This document shows, piece after piece, positions 62,083 through 64,000 of a stretch of DNA of 64,000 bases. Source of the stretch: Octopus sinensis (lineage: Eukaryota); NCBI RefSeq assembly GCF_006345805.1, contig NC_043004.1, positions 78,802,001 through 78,866,000 on the forward strand, given 5' to 3'. The stretch's first letter is position 1. Each line of letters begins with the position of its first letter. The translations under genes were made by a program, and so were the position numbers. A model generated the notes under the pieces. The model did no database searches, was not told the DNA's origin, and saw nothing but the letters and a program-made list of their open reading frames with translations.

Positions 62083-62484
62083 TTGGTGAGCAAATATTAA
62101 CCAGGAAGTGATGGATTAGTCTGTGTTATAGTCACACACACAAAAAAAAGTTTCGCACATTTGTGTCAGAATTGGTATTTAAATTTTGTTAAATTTATAA
62201 TAAGGCGAATATCGGGATAATTATCTTGGGCGGAACTGTTAGCTGAAGGAAAATATTAGGCTTACTGGTTTACTGTGCACACGCCGTGCGCTTATATTGT
62301 ACGTAGAGCTAATTATGAGTGACTATTAAAATAGATGTGCGTGTGCACACGCACTCACACACACACACACATACACACACGCGCATGTGTGTGTGTGAGT
62401 GTGTGTTTATACTTATATACATGGATACTGCCATACATCCATTTATTCATACGTGTAGGGCTCGAGTCATTAAGCCAAATAAAA

Positions 62485-62491
62485 ATTCATG

Positions 62492-62581
<90 letters not shown>

Positions 62582-62647
62582 GTATATATATATATACATA
62601 TAAGCGTTATATATATATCTGTTTATCTATATCTATCTATCTATCTA

Positions 62648-62693
<46 letters not shown>

Positions 62694-62739
62694 CCTATCT
62701 ATCTACCTATCTATCTGTGTGTGTATGTCTGTATGTATG

Positions 62740-62807
<68 letters not shown>

Positions 62808-62970
62808 TTGTGTGTGTGTATATATGTCCGTATATATAGACAGACAGACAGAGAGACACACACACACACATATATAGATATATTTATATATATATATATA
62901 TATATATATACATGCATACATACATACCTGATATATTTTGTAGATACACATATATATACATATAGACGCA
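62485..62970. repeat. Compound (TA)n/(TCTA)n/(TG)n microsatellite
   Basis: Direct. Confidence 0.95.
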
Positions 62971-63293
62971 TAAAGTAGTTCATACATATTTTCGTGTGTA
63001 TATTATGAAACAAAATTGTGTGCATCTATTACTAATTTTCTGGTAATGTTTATTTAGAAGAATCCCTAGCATGTCTGCAACTGATAAAACTCACGGCATA
63101 CATTGGACAGTGATAACTATACAAGACGAGACCACACACATTCTGCAGAAGATGCACACTGCATGTGTCTCTTCTAAATAATCATAATTTTCACATCTTC
63201 AACATTTAGCCAGCACAAAATTAAAGAAAAAAATTAATGAGTTAAAATTGCTTTCATGTTATGTTAAGTATCATAGCATTATTGCGGACGTTC

Positions 63294-63560
<267 letters not shown>

Positions 63561-64000
63561 TGTGTGTGTTTGCCTTTGTGCCTGTGTTTGTCTGCTACTA
63601 CCGCTTAACAAGCGGTGTTGTGTTCATATTTTAATTATGATAAACCTTTGATGCTTTAATCATTTTAAGGAAAAGAATTAAGATAATTATTCATTCTCAA
63701 TAAGTTCTGGCAGATTCGAACGTGAATATGCTAGTCGCTGTTCTTTTTAAAATTGGAGAACATCTCCTTTTAGGCGATGTTTGTTCAGAATACTCGTGAT
63801 CGATTGATGTAAGTGGATTTTAAGACACCGTGATGTTTAGACCTTACTTATGTCTTTTCAGTGAAACTCATCCCTGGAATAGCTAGATACGTTATTGTTC
63901 GAATTCTTACTGTGCTCTGTTCACACCTGAATTTTAAGTTTGGTAGACACCAACAGGCATCAGCAAATAATTTATTTCCCCATGTCTATTAATAAGAGCC

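Overview
This is repeat-saturated, AT-rich eukaryotic non-coding DNA with one 100-N assembly gap. The microsatellite density and SINE families suggest a coleoid cephalopod, probably Octopus (inference). I found no host protein-coding exon that I can support, and most ORF-track entries are translated (TA)n/(CA)n/(TATG)n microsatellites. DNA transposons: a full-length DD34D mariner with TIRs and TA TSD, a DD37D (maT-like) 3' fragment, an internally deleted Chapaev3/CMC-like element, a piggyBac deletion derivative with TTAA TSD, two non-autonomous Helitrons and a MITE with an 8-bp TSD. Retroelements: fragments of RTE, CR1-group and RLE-type LINEs and many tRNA-derived SINEs. Two systems stand out. 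(1) At least four (TA)n-embedded fold-back elements and several solo modules are built around hammerhead-ribozyme-like motifs, probably Penelope-derived. The best is a ~500-bp near-perfect palindrome (51388-51884) with a hammerhead in each arm. A tRNA-headed SINE also ends in a hammerhead module. (2) A 2.03-kb retroelement (26662-28691) with a 16-bp TSD encodes only a decayed gag/ORF1-like CCHC protein, has no RT, carries three repeated 3' UTR hairpins, and sits inside the tRNA-like head of a SINE. All alignments and folds were done by eye.
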